Assembly (NCBI GenBank): GCA_015233145.1
Contig: JADFYI010000002.1
Span: 120,858 to 184,857, forward strand
Reading direction: 5' to 3'
DNA length: 64,000 nt
DNA from: Candidatus Omnitrophota bacterium
GTDB taxonomy: Bacteria > Omnitrophota > Gorgyraeia > Zapsychrales > Fredricksoniimonadaceae
This document shows, piece by piece, positions 13,285 through 22,669 of this stretch. The position numbers and the translations under genes were made by a program. Each line of letters starts with the position of its first letter. The stretch's first letter is position 1. The notes beneath the pieces are model-generated. The model made no database searches and had not been told where the DNA came from. It was given only the letters and a program-made list of their open reading frames with translations.

Positions 13285-13437
13285 GGTAGCTCCTAAAGCC
13301 CCGGGGCGCTATTGCGCCCCTGGTGGCTTTAGGAGTTATTTCGCAAAAATCTTTGCGAAATAACATCCGCCCCACTACCGAACACACCCCTTAAATCCTT
13401 TCTCCCCCTACGGAGAAAGCGCGTGTTCCAACGGATG
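13285..13437. ncRNA. unassigned structured element (multi-helix RNA or palindrome cluster) downstream of spoVG
   Basis: Helix A is 13290..13300/13325..13335 plus a GC core at 13303..13309/13314..13320. Helix B is a perfect 12 bp stem at 13336..13347/13352..13363. Helix C has nested pairings at 13364..13369/13432..13437, 13380..13385/13423..13428 and 13398..13405/13412..13419. Confidence 0.35.
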
Positions 13438-13450
13438 CTAAAATCAAAAA

Positions 13451-13717
13451 TCAATTAGAATTATTCTGATAATATTCAATCACGAGACGAGAAAGATCCT
13501 CATAAACTCCAGCAGACTTGCAAACCACCCGGTCATACCAGCGCTCGTCTTTTCCCAACTCCTGGGGCATGGACACAAAAATTCCTTTTTTTCCTGCCAC
13601 AACCCGCACACCCTTAATCACAAGGGCATCATTCACAGAAACATCTGCAAATGCTTTTAAGCCCCCGGCATCAGGTAAACGAACCATTTTCTCAACCTTA
13701 AAACTAATGCTCCCCAT
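13451..13717 (-). CDS. spoVG: SpoVG family protein
   Basis: 88 aa. The segment ...GGLKAFADVSVNDALVIKGVRVVAGKKGIFVSMPQ is typical of SpoVG. Confidence 0.9.
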   Translation of the reverse strand: MGSISFKVEKMVRLPDAGGLKAFADVSVNDALVIKGVRVVAGKKGIFVSMPQELGKDERWYDRVVCKSAGVYEDLSRLVIEYYQNNSN

Positions 13718-13738
13718 ATTTCCCGCTCCTTTTTTATT

Positions 13739-13963
13739 TTAACCAATTTTTTCTTCATCAGCACAGACCACTTCATATAAGCTGACCAAAGCCCTGTCTT
13801 TCAATTCACTGCTAACAGCTTCTTTAATGCCAGGGTCACGCTTCTCTATTAATGTCACATATTTTTCGAGAAAAGAAAGCATGGCTTCTATTCCAAGGCG
13901 CTCGCGCATATCTTTGAGAATAATCAATGTGGTATAAACAGAAACTTTGTTGCGATTTAGCAT
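13739..13963 (-). CDS. hypothetical small protein
   Basis: 74 aa ORF immediately upstream of spoVG. No family recognised. Confidence 0.5.
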   Translation of the reverse strand: MLNRNKVSVYTTLIILKDMRERLGIEAMLSFLEKYVTLIEKRDPGIKEAVSSELKDRALVSLYEVVCADEEKIG

Positions 13964-14181
13964 AATCAGCTTTTTAAAAAATTTTGTTTTGATATAAAGT
14001 CAAATCCTACAAACAAAATATAACATATTATTGCCTTATTGTCAAGTATATATTTGTTTAAAAGTCAAATAAAATATAAACATCATTTTTCTCAAATATC
14101 CTATTGATAATTGGTCAAAATATGATAGATTTAATGAACTGAAGCTTTGTTCTGGAAAAATGCTTTAGAAAGGAAAATAAT

Positions 14182-14730
14182 ATGCAGGTCGGCTCTCAAA
14201 TCAAAAAATTCAGGAATCTCCGAAAAATGTCGCTCCTCTCCCTTGCCAAGGCTAGCGGTGTTCAAATCGCTACCCTCTCACGCATTGAGAACGGAAAAAT
14301 GACAGGCACATTGGAAAGCCATCTTAATGTCGCCAAGTCTCTGGGCATTGATATTGCTGAACTTTATCAAAATCTTCAGCCCGAGGAACTATTAACAGCA
14401 AGCCCTACAGAATCCTTTGAGCCAACTCCTGCGGCGGACACCAAAGTCCTTAAAGAAATCCTGACCAAACAGGTTTCTACAAAGAAAATGCTGCCGCTTC
14501 TCATGAAAATTGAGGGAAAAACAAAGACATCCGAGGAAGCCCAGCTTTTTGGCGCGGAACGTTTTATTTTTGTGCTCTCCGGGACTGTTTGTGTGCATGT
14601 CAAAAACCAGAAAGTTCAACTCACAGAAAACATGTCTCTTTACTTTAATGCCATGCTGCCTCACTTTTTTGAAAATCCATCAGACACTCCGGTGAAATTT
14701 TTGTCAATCGCAACACCTGTTAACCTTTAG
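14182..14730 (+). CDS. XRE-family HTH transcriptional regulator with C-terminal cupin domain
   Basis: 182 aa. The N-terminal HTH_3-like segment is IKKFRNLRKMSLLSLAKASGVQIATLSRIENG, and the C-terminal beta-barrel is cupin-like. AAGGAAA SD. Confidence 0.85.
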   Translation: MQVGSQIKKFRNLRKMSLLSLAKASGVQIATLSRIENGKMTGTLESHLNVAKSLGIDIAELYQNLQPEELLTASPTESFEPTPAADTKVLKEILTKQVSTKKMLPLLMKIEGKTKTSEEAQLFGAERFIFVLSGTVCVHVKNQKVQLTENMSLYFNAMLPHFFENPSDTPVKFLSIATPVNL

Positions 14731-14741
14731 AGAAATACTTT

Positions 14742-15101
14742 ATGCCCAAAACGATTCTTATCTGCGATATTGAAGAAAATACCCGGGAAGCCTTAAAAAC
14801 AATTCTTCTCAACCACGCCAACCTTATTGTTGTGGAAAACCCGCTCCAATGCCTGTCAGCCTTAAAACAAAAAGCCCCTGTTCATCTGGCTTTTGTCGGC
14901 GTGCGCACTGAGGACGGTTTTGATACACATTTTTTTGAAGAGATCCGGAAAATTGCGCCTCAAATCCCGCTCATCGCCATGGGCGACCATAAATGTGAAG
15001 AAGAGACGCTTGAGGCCGTGCGGATGGGCGCGACAGGCTATATGATCAAGCCTTTCAAAGCCGAAGAAGTCCAGGCCCTTGCCCAAAAAGATTTAAATTA
15101 A
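14742..15101 (+). CDS. stand-alone receiver-like domain protein lacking the canonical phospho-acceptor Asp (pseudo-receiver)
   Basis: 119 aa with a CheY-like fold signature (ILICDIEEN ... MIKPF). The expected DxxMP position reads HLAFVGVRTEDG. Confidence 0.75.
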   Translation: MPKTILICDIEENTREALKTILLNHANLIVVENPLQCLSALKQKAPVHLAFVGVRTEDGFDTHFFEEIRKIAPQIPLIAMGDHKCEEETLEAVRMGATGYMIKPFKAEEVQALAQKDLN

Positions 15102-16253
15102 TTATTCAGGATAAACAACAAGGTCTGAGGAAGGATAGTAAAAGGAAAGAATCGCTTTATAATCATAATTCTTTTTTGCCATGCCGTAAGCGCCCCACTG
15201 GCACATCCCCACGCCGTGGCCCCAGCCGTAACCCGCAAAATCCACATACCAGCCTTTCATCTCAACATCATATTTATTGCTCTTGAGAATATTGGGGCCA
15301 ATAATATCGCGGAATACTTTTCCCTCCAGGGTCTCTGAGGTGGCGTCATGGGAAACGACCATTAATTTGCGTATGCGCCCGCTTTTATCACGTTCAAGGA
15401 TTTTAATCTCCTCAATAGTGCCGACGTGGTAGCCCCGGGCGTTGAGTTTGTCTTGAATGTCTTTAAGACGCAAATTCACTTTCCAGCGGTAATGCGGGGC
15501 ATCAATTGAAAAAGGCGACACGATATTCCCTTTTAAAGGCGGCAGGTCAATCCCCCACAATTCTGCGGCATCTTCGGTGATCCCTCCAGAATTGGCATGA
15601 AAGAAGGCTGGAAAAATCTTGCCCTTATACATAAGGACTTCGCCTTTGGTGCGCCTGACCGCAAGGTTTGTCCGATACCGCTCTGCAGAACGGCCGCCGT
15701 AAACCTGGGAATAAATATCATTGGTCATGTCATAATCGCGCGCGGCAAACTTGTCTAAAGAATAAAGGGCAAAGGTGCGCGTGGCCACAGCCTGGGCCTT
15801 GATAGCCTCGAGCGGCCACTTGTCGGAAATCTCGTGATATAACACTCCTCGGATATATTGTTCCAGTTCAATGGAATTCACAACCGTCAAGTTTTTTCCG
15901 CCGTTATTAATAATCGTAAGGCTTCCGCGAAAATGCATATTATTCACGCCCATCATCGCGTCTTTCCGCGGCTCAATAACAATGCGTTCCTTATCGTAAA
16001 CCGTTTCGCCAATCTTAAGCTTTCCCTTGGCAAGCATAACCATGGCCGGGCGCAGGCGAACCCCTTCTGACAAAGATTGGCCGGAAGCAGAATCAAGAAA
16101 GCTGTAACGGCCATCCGTATAAACAATAAAATGGTCTGCTTCCCGCAAGACAGCAACCCGGACCAGGACAGTCTTTTCCATGCCTCTGGCATCAGCCAAA
16201 AGCAGGAAACTGATCACAACAAAAAACAGTATGCGTTTTATTTTGGAAAACAT
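15102..16253 (-). CDS. spoIID: SpoIID/LytB-domain peptidoglycan lytic protein
   Basis: 383 aa with a signal/anchor, AQAVATRTFALY, FFHANSGGITE and GHGVGMCQWGA. Confidence 0.9.
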   Translation of the reverse strand: MFSKIKRILFFVVISFLLLADARGMEKTVLVRVAVLREADHFIVYTDGRYSFLDSASGQSLSEGVRLRPAMVMLAKGKLKIGETVYDKERIVIEPRKDAMMGVNNMHFRGSLTIINNGGKNLTVVNSIELEQYIRGVLYHEISDKWPLEAIKAQAVATRTFALYSLDKFAARDYDMTNDIYSQVYGGRSAERYRTNLAVRRTKGEVLMYKGKIFPAFFHANSGGITEDAAELWGIDLPPLKGNIVSPFSIDAPHYRWKVNLRLKDIQDKLNARGYHVGTIEEIKILERDKSGRIRKLMVVSHDATSETLEGKVFRDIIGPNILKSNKYDVEMKGWYVDFAGYGWGHGVGMCQWGAYGMAKKNYDYKAILSFYYPSSDLVVYPE

Positions 16254-16265
16254 ATCGAGCTGGTC

Positions 16266-17264
16266 TTACGGTATGAGTAAGTGTTGTCTTGCTTTTTCCG
16301 TGACTTCACGGCCGCGTGAGGTGCGGCGCAAAAACCCGATTTTGAGAAGATAAGGCTCCACCACATCCGCAATCGTATCAGACTCTTCGTTCAACGTGGC
16401 AGACAAGGCTTCAATGCCAACAGGGCCTCCGTTATAATTTTCCAGGATAACCCTTAAAATTTTACGGTCAAATTCATCAAGACCCTGGGAGTCAATTTTA
16501 AGGCGTTCCATGGCAAGGCTGACAATCTTGGGCTCAATCGCCGATTTTCCCGTCTCAACCTGGGCGAAATCCCTGGAGCGCTTAAGAAGCCTTATCGCAA
16601 TCCTCGGTGTGCCTCGCGCCCGGGCCGCAATCAAGGCCGCGGCCTCGTTGTCAAGCGTAACCCCGAGCTTCCTGGCTGCATTCATAATGATTTTCGCCAA
16701 ATCCGCCGGCTCATAAAAATCCAAATGATGAAAAATCCCGAAACGGTCGCGCAAGGGAGAGGCCAAAAGGCCGCTGCGTGTCGTGGCCCCAATCAGGGTA
16801 AAAGGTTTCAGGTTAAAATTAATTGTTTTGGCATAAGGCCCTTTATCCACCACAAAATCAATCTTAAAACTTTCCATGGCCGGGTAAAGGAACTCTTCCA
16901 CTGTTTTAGACATGCGGTGGATCTCATCAATAAAAAGGATGTCGCCGGCTTCAAGGTTGGTCAAAATGCCGATAAAGTCCCCTGCCCGTTCAATAGCAGG
17001 GCCGGATGTGACTGTAATGCGGGAATTCATTTCATGGCTGATGATATGGGCCAAAGAAGTTTTTCCAAGGCCCGGAGGCCCTGAAAAAAGCATGTGTTCC
17101 AACGGCTCCTGGCGCTGTTTTGCCGCATCAACAGCGACACGGATATTGGCCACGAGATCTTTCTGGCCAATGAAATCACTTAACCTCTCCGGCCTTAAAG
17201 AAATACTCGTGACGCGGTCTTCGTCGGTTTCCTGATTAAGGACAATACGTTTGACTTCATCCAT
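16266..17264 (-). CDS. ruvB: Holliday junction branch migration helicase RuvB
   Basis: 332 aa with Walker A GPPGLGKTSLA and full-length RuvB similarity. Confidence 0.96.
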   Translation of the reverse strand: MDEVKRIVLNQETDEDRVTSISLRPERLSDFIGQKDLVANIRVAVDAAKQRQEPLEHMLFSGPPGLGKTSLAHIISHEMNSRITVTSGPAIERAGDFIGILTNLEAGDILFIDEIHRMSKTVEEFLYPAMESFKIDFVVDKGPYAKTINFNLKPFTLIGATTRSGLLASPLRDRFGIFHHLDFYEPADLAKIIMNAARKLGVTLDNEAAALIAARARGTPRIAIRLLKRSRDFAQVETGKSAIEPKIVSLAMERLKIDSQGLDEFDRKILRVILENYNGGPVGIEALSATLNEESDTIADVVEPYLLKIGFLRRTSRGREVTEKARQHLLIP

Positions 17265-17279
17265 AAGAAGAACGCTTTG

Positions 17280-18080
17280 TTAGGGGGCTTCGGACGGTTT
17301 AATGGCTTGATCGTTTACAGGCTCAACAACAGGCGTATTTTCCTGAGGCACGACCACAATGTTTTCTTTTGTGCTGACAAGTTCTATATCAGAAAAAATG
17401 CGTTTTTGGACAACCACAAGTTCTTTTTGACGGCAAAGTTCCAACACAGCCATAAAAGTCACGATGACTTCCATCTTGTCGTGCGTCTTGGAAAAAAGCT
17501 CATCCAAAGAAATCCTCGGCCGCTCAACCAAAAGATGCATGATGAAACCTACCTTTTTCTCAACTGTATACTCTTCCCGGACAACTTCATACTCGCCTTT
17601 TTCTGGCTTGTTTTGGATGGCTTTGGTCAGGGCTGTGACAAGGTCAAATAAATTAGCCTCAAAAAAAACTTCCTTGGAATCTTCCTTAAGGTCATTCATC
17701 GCTGTTTCATCAACACGGCGGGAGAAAAGGTCTGAACGCTTTTCCGCCCGAAGGCGCAAGGCTTCTGCGGCCTCGCGGATGCGCTGGTATTCTTCAAGCC
17801 TTTGGACAAGGCCAAGCCTGGGGTCAGTTTCTTCTGCGACCTCATTGGGATCCGGAGGAAGGAGCATTTTTGACTTTATGCGCAAAAGCTCCGCCGCCAT
17901 GACTAGGAAATCCCCGATCCCCTCCAGGTCCACCATCTTCATCATTTCAATATACTGGATATACTGGTCGGTAATTTCAGCAATGGGGATATCGTAAATA
18001 TTGACTTCGTTCTTCTTGATAAGATAAACAAGGAGATCCAAAGGGCCTTCAAACATGTCGAGGGAAAACTTATAATTCAC
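17280..18080 (-). CDS. scpA: segregation and condensation protein A (kleisin)
   Basis: 266 aa. The N-terminus FEGPLDLLVYLIKKNEVNIYDIPIAEIT is typical of ScpA. Confidence 0.9.
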   Translation of the reverse strand: MNYKFSLDMFEGPLDLLVYLIKKNEVNIYDIPIAEITDQYIQYIEMMKMVDLEGIGDFLVMAAELLRIKSKMLLPPDPNEVAEETDPRLGLVQRLEEYQRIREAAEALRLRAEKRSDLFSRRVDETAMNDLKEDSKEVFFEANLFDLVTALTKAIQNKPEKGEYEVVREEYTVEKKVGFIMHLLVERPRISLDELFSKTHDKMEVIVTFMAVLELCRQKELVVVQKRIFSDIELVSTKENIVVVPQENTPVVEPVNDQAIKPSEAP

Positions 18081-18105
18081 GAAAAATCCTCCTCAAAAGA
18101 AAGCC

Positions 18106-19086
18106 TCACTTGAAAACCGCGGCCTTGACTTCGGCCATGGTCAGCGCCGCAATCTCTCTGGCCTGTGCCGCGCCTTTTTTAAGGATGGCCCGGACATAAT
18201 CCTGACTGGCTTCAAGCTTCAAACGTTTTTCACGGATAGGACGGAGGTATTCAATAATTTCATCGGCCAGAATCTTTTTGCATTCCGTACAGCCCTTCCT
18301 GGCATTTTCACACCAGTCACGGACTTCCAGTTCCTTTGCCGGCGCAAAGACTTTGTAGTAGCTGAAAACATTGCACTCATCCGGATGCCCTGGATCCTTC
18401 AGACGCTGGCGCTTGGGGTCTGTCATCATGTTTTTGACTTTGGAGTAAATATCCTCCGGTGAATCAGAAAGATTGATCGTGTTCTGGTAGCTCTTTGACA
18501 TTTTACGGCCATCAAGGCCTAAAAGCCTTGGCGTTGGCGTCAGAATCGCCTCACAATCAGAAAAAACCTGTTTTCCATACATCGTATTAAACCGGCGGGC
18601 TATTTCGCGCGTGAGTTCCAGATGAGGGATCTGGTCTTCACCGATCGGGACTGCCGTGGCTTTGTATAAGAGGATATCCGCGGCCTGAAGCACCGGATAA
18701 CCTAAAAAAGCATAGGTCTGCAGATCGCGGGTCGTGATTTCCCGAAGCTGTTCTTTATAAGTGGGGTTGCGTTCAAGCCAGCCTAACGGCGTCAAACAGG
18801 AAAGGACCATCTGAAGTTCCAGATGCTCAGGAACTTCGGATTGAACAAAAATAATGGAACGCTCAGGATCAATGCCGCACGCCAGCCAATCGAGCGCCAT
18901 GTCCATAATATGAGACTTGATGTTCTGGCTATGTTCATATTCTCCCATCAGGGCATGCCAGTCAACAACGGAATAGATGCAACGGTGCGTGTCCTGCAAA
19001 CGCACCCAATTATGGAGCGCGCCGACCAAATGGCCTAAATGGAGCTTTCCCGTCGGTCGCATGCCGCTGAATACTGTCTTTTTCAT
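18106..19086 (-). CDS. trpS: tryptophan--tRNA ligase
   Basis: 326 aa with a HIGH-type motif (GKLHLGHLVG) and KMSKS. Confidence 0.96.
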   Translation of the reverse strand: MKKTVFSGMRPTGKLHLGHLVGALHNWVRLQDTHRCIYSVVDWHALMGEYEHSQNIKSHIMDMALDWLACGIDPERSIIFVQSEVPEHLELQMVLSCLTPLGWLERNPTYKEQLREITTRDLQTYAFLGYPVLQAADILLYKATAVPIGEDQIPHLELTREIARRFNTMYGKQVFSDCEAILTPTPRLLGLDGRKMSKSYQNTINLSDSPEDIYSKVKNMMTDPKRQRLKDPGHPDECNVFSYYKVFAPAKELEVRDWCENARKGCTECKKILADEIIEYLRPIREKRLKLEASQDYVRAILKKGAAQAREIAALTMAEVKAAVFK

Positions 19087-21566
19087 AACTTCCTGGCAAT
19101 ATGTTCAATCTGGAAGGCTTCAATAAGGTCTCCGACCTGATAACCGTCAAACCCGGACACAGAAATACCGCACTCAAACCCTTCGCCGACCTCGCGCACA
19201 TCGTCTTTAAAGCGTTTTAGGGCGGAAATTTTACCTGTATGAATAACCGCGGCATTGCGGATAACCTCCACGTCAAGCTTCTGGCGCATCTTTCCCTTCT
19301 GGATAAAACAACCTGCCACAAGGCCTGATTTGGAAAGGTTAAAGACCTGCCGAACTTCCGCACGGGCAATAAAAAGGCGTTTCATATCAGGCTTGAGCAT
19401 TCCCTCAAGCGCAGCCCTCACATCATTGACCACGTCATAAATAATGTTGTAGTTGCGGACTTCGACAGGTGTTTTTTGAAGTTCGTCCTGCGCATCGGCA
19501 TTCATTCCGATGTTAAAAGCAACAACAATAGCCTTGGAGACTGATGCCAGAATAATGTCCGAGGCGTTGACAGCACCCACGCCGATATGAATAAACTTGA
19601 CATTGACTTCCCTGTTCTCGGCAGGCACTTTGGCCAAAGAATCGCGCAACGCCTCCACAGATCCCTGGACGTCGCCTTTAATAACAACATTGAGCTCCCT
19701 GACTTCACCAGCCTTTTTTTGCGCCAAAAGTTCTTCAAGCGTAATTTTAGAAGACGAGCGCAAACGTTCTGCTTTATATTTCTCTTCACGGATGGCTGTG
19801 ATTTCCCGGGCCGCTTTTTCATTCTCGGCCACAAAAAACCTGTCACCGGCCTCAGGAACCGCCGGAAGGCCAAGGATTTCCACAGGCATCGAAGGCCCGG
19901 CTTCTTTCACCGGACGCTTGCGGTCGTCGAACATCGCCTTGATACGGCCGGAATAAGGGCCGACAATAACAATATCGCCTTCCTTTAAAGTCCCGCTCTG
20001 GACAATCAGCGTCGCCAAAGCCCCTTTTCCCGGGCTTAAATGCGCCTCAACAACAATGCCTGCTGCTTTCTTCGATGGATTAACTTTAAGCTCAAGCATT
20101 TCCGACTCCAGAAGGATCATGTCCAACAGGTCGTCAATGCCCTGCCCCGTCTGCGCGGAAACCGGAACCACAACAGTTTTGCCGCCCCAATCTTCAGGCA
20201 CAAGTTCATTTTCCATCAGCTGCTTCTTGACTTTTTCAGGATCAGCGCCTTTAAGATCCATTTTGTTCATGGCAACCACGATGGGAACCTTGGCCGCCCT
20301 GGCATGATTAATCGCTTCAAGGGTTTGCGGCATAATGCCTTCATTCGCCGCAATAACAAGGACCACAATATCCGTAATATGAGCGCCCCGGGCACGCATG
20401 GCTGTGAACGCCGCATGGCCAGGTGTATCCATAAACGTAATGGTGCCTTTGGGAATTTTGACAGAATACGCCCTGATATGCTGGGTGATGCCGCCATGCT
20501 CGGAATCAACGACCTTGGTTTTACGAATGCAATCCAAAAGAGACGTTTTACCATGGTCAACATGGCCCATAAATGTCACCACGGGCGCGCGTTGCGTCAA
20601 AAGCGCAGGATCGTCCTGCTCTTTCTCATGGTCTAAAATCAGCTGCTCTTCCTGAGTCTTTAATTCTTTAAGGTTAAATCCAAATTCCTGGCAAAGCTTG
20701 CGCGTAATTTCTTCGCCAAGGTTTTGATTGATATTGGCAAAAATCCCCATGCCCATAAGGGTTTTTAAAAGCACATTGGCTTTTTGCTGAAGTTTAAACG
20801 CCAAATCTCCGACGGTAATCGGAATCTTAAGTTCCAGGTCTTCCAGCGGGCCATCGCGCTTAAGGGGCTGGACCGGCTGGGCCTCTAATGGCTTGTCAAC
20901 AGTATGACCCGAATCTGTGCGATGGTCATGCCGCTCTCCAGGCTCCTGGGAACGCCTTTTGCCATGGGCCAAAGGCTTCATGGAAACAAATTCCGGCTGT
21001 TCCTTGGGCACAACTTTCTTGATAACTTTGATGACTTTCTTGACAACTGTCGTGGTCGTCTTTTTGGCAGCATCGGCATTGGGGTCTAAAGAAGGCTGAA
21101 ACTGGGCCAGCTCATTAGGAAGCATCACTTTGGGCTCAATAGCAGGCTCTGGTTTAACCGCTATTTTTTCTTGTGTCTTAACAGGCTCAATCTTAGGTGC
21201 TTTGGCAACAGCCTTGGCCGCCTGTGGCTTGGAAGGCTTTTCAACACTGGTAACAGAAGGCTTTTCCGCCTCTTTAATCTCGTCGGAAGATGTGAGCGCT
21301 ATTTCCTTTTTCTTGCGCGCAGGTTTTTCTTCATCCGCGACAGCCGGCTTTTTTACCGCAGGTTTTCGCACCGGGGGCGCTTTTTTGACAGGCTCAGGCT
21401 CTTTGGGAATAATCCCTTTTTCCTCAAGCTCGCCTTTAAGGACCATAAGGACTGCCGGGTTTAATTCATGGTCATCGCCCTTGGCACGGAGCTTAAGGCC
21501 CTTTAAAGTCGTCAGGATAATCTCTTCGGAAATATTGTACTTTTTCGCCAAATCCCTAGCTAACAT
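19083..21566 (-). CDS. infB: translation initiation factor IF-2
   Basis: 827 aa with a K/P/E-rich N-terminal region and G-domain GHVDHGKTSLLD. Confidence 0.97.
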   Translation of the reverse strand: MLARDLAKKYNISEEIILTTLKGLKLRAKGDDHELNPAVLMVLKGELEEKGIIPKEPEPVKKAPPVRKPAVKKPAVADEEKPARKKKEIALTSSDEIKEAEKPSVTSVEKPSKPQAAKAVAKAPKIEPVKTQEKIAVKPEPAIEPKVMLPNELAQFQPSLDPNADAAKKTTTTVVKKVIKVIKKVVPKEQPEFVSMKPLAHGKRRSQEPGERHDHRTDSGHTVDKPLEAQPVQPLKRDGPLEDLELKIPITVGDLAFKLQQKANVLLKTLMGMGIFANINQNLGEEITRKLCQEFGFNLKELKTQEEQLILDHEKEQDDPALLTQRAPVVTFMGHVDHGKTSLLDCIRKTKVVDSEHGGITQHIRAYSVKIPKGTITFMDTPGHAAFTAMRARGAHITDIVVLVIAANEGIMPQTLEAINHARAAKVPIVVAMNKMDLKGADPEKVKKQLMENELVPEDWGGKTVVVPVSAQTGQGIDDLLDMILLESEMLELKVNPSKKAAGIVVEAHLSPGKGALATLIVQSGTLKEGDIVIVGPYSGRIKAMFDDRKRPVKEAGPSMPVEILGLPAVPEAGDRFFVAENEKAAREITAIREEKYKAERLRSSSKITLEELLAQKKAGEVRELNVVIKGDVQGSVEALRDSLAKVPAENREVNVKFIHIGVGAVNASDIILASVSKAIVVAFNIGMNADAQDELQKTPVEVRNYNIIYDVVNDVRAALEGMLKPDMKRLFIARAEVRQVFNLSKSGLVAGCFIQKGKMRQKLDVEVIRNAAVIHTGKISALKRFKDDVREVGEGFECGISVSGFDGYQVGDLIEAFQIEHIARKL

Positions 21567-21584
21567 AGGCTCAATCTTTCTCTC

Positions 21585-22652
21585 TTATTTGTCTTCAGGC
21601 GATTCGCCGTTCGCATCGCTCTTTGTCTCATCAACAACTTCTTCTTCAACCACCTCTTCAACAACTTCCTCAACCTCTTCCACTCTTTCAGAATCCTGTT
21701 TCAAATGCTCTTCCCACTGCTTGGCAGAAAAAATATCAAGTTCCCACCCCACAAGTTTTCCGGCAAGGCGGACATTCTGGCCAAAACGGCCGATGGCGAT
21801 CGAAAGCTGGTCATCGGCAACAATGATATTCGCCTTTTTTTCAAGCGATAAAAGCTGCATCTGGGAAATTTCCGCAGGAGAAAGCGCGGCCTGGATATAT
21901 TCCTTAATATCATTGGCAAAACGCACGATATCAATCTTCTCTCCATGCAGTTCAGCCACGATGTTTTTGACGCGCGAACCGCGCATTCCGACGCAAGCCC
22001 CGACGCAGTCGACCTTGTCGTCTTTGGAAAACACGGAGATTTTGGTGCGCTCGCCGGGATCGCGCGCAATGGCCTTGACTTCAATAATGCCCTCAAATAT
22101 TTCCGGAACCTCAAGCTCAAACAGACGCTTGACAAAATTCGGATGGGCGCGGGAAAGGACAATCTGGGGGCCCCTCGATTCGCGCTGGGCCTCAAGGATA
22201 AGCGCTCGCACACGGTCGCCCTGTTTAAACTCTTCCTTGCCGCAAAGCTCGCTCCTGGGGATAATTGCCTCGGTCTTCCCGAGATCAACAATAACATTCC
22301 CTTTTTCAAAACGGTAAACGCTCCCTGAAATGATCTGGCCGATACGGGCGTTATACTCAGTATAAACAACATCCTTCTCAGCTTCGCGGATCTTTTGAAA
22401 AACAACCTGCTTGGCTGTTTGAGCGGCAATGCGTCCAAACTCGCTCGATCGGATTTCCTGGCCGTTGGCATACGCCGTAATTTTTCCAGTCTTAAGATCC
22501 AGCTTGGCCGAGATCTCCTCTTCTTTATCAACAGTCCAAACTTTACGGGCAGCTGATGCAACAGCCGCCTCAACAGCCTGGATAAGGACTTCCTTGGGGA
22601 TGCCCTTGTCACGTTCAATCTGATCCAAAATTCCCATCAATTCACTTTCCAT
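21585..22652 (-). CDS. nusA: transcription termination/antitermination factor NusA (short form with acidic tail)
   Basis: 355 aa with an NTD, S1 domain and two KH domains. The C-terminal tail is EEVEEVVEEVVEEEVVDE. Confidence 0.95.
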   Translation of the reverse strand: MESELMGILDQIERDKGIPKEVLIQAVEAAVASAARKVWTVDKEEEISAKLDLKTGKITAYANGQEIRSSEFGRIAAQTAKQVVFQKIREAEKDVVYTEYNARIGQIISGSVYRFEKGNVIVDLGKTEAIIPRSELCGKEEFKQGDRVRALILEAQRESRGPQIVLSRAHPNFVKRLFELEVPEIFEGIIEVKAIARDPGERTKISVFSKDDKVDCVGACVGMRGSRVKNIVAELHGEKIDIVRFANDIKEYIQAALSPAEISQMQLLSLEKKANIIVADDQLSIAIGRFGQNVRLAGKLVGWELDIFSAKQWEEHLKQDSERVEEVEEVVEEVVEEEVVDETKSDANGESPEDK

Positions 22653-22669
22653 GAGACCTCACTCCTAAA

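Noticed and set aside
13364-13437. tRNA-like 6-7 bp closing stem enclosing about 60 nt
   Set aside because: It has no T-loop (GTTCRANNC), no D-arm consensus and no anticodon-arm geometry. It is not a tRNA or a tmRNA tRNA-like domain.
21130-22317. 395 aa plus-strand ORF, the longest unexplained ORF in the track
   Set aside because: It lies entirely antisense to the infB N-terminus and the nusA C-terminus. Its Ser/Thr/Phe-rich low-complexity sequence is the mirror image of the Lys/Glu-rich sense frames. It has no start context and no recognisable domain.
21701-22618. 305 aa minus-strand ORF in an alternative frame of nusA
   Set aside because: It is fully nested in the well-supported nusA frame. 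The sequence is Arg/Ser/Leu-rich, typical of an off-frame read-through.
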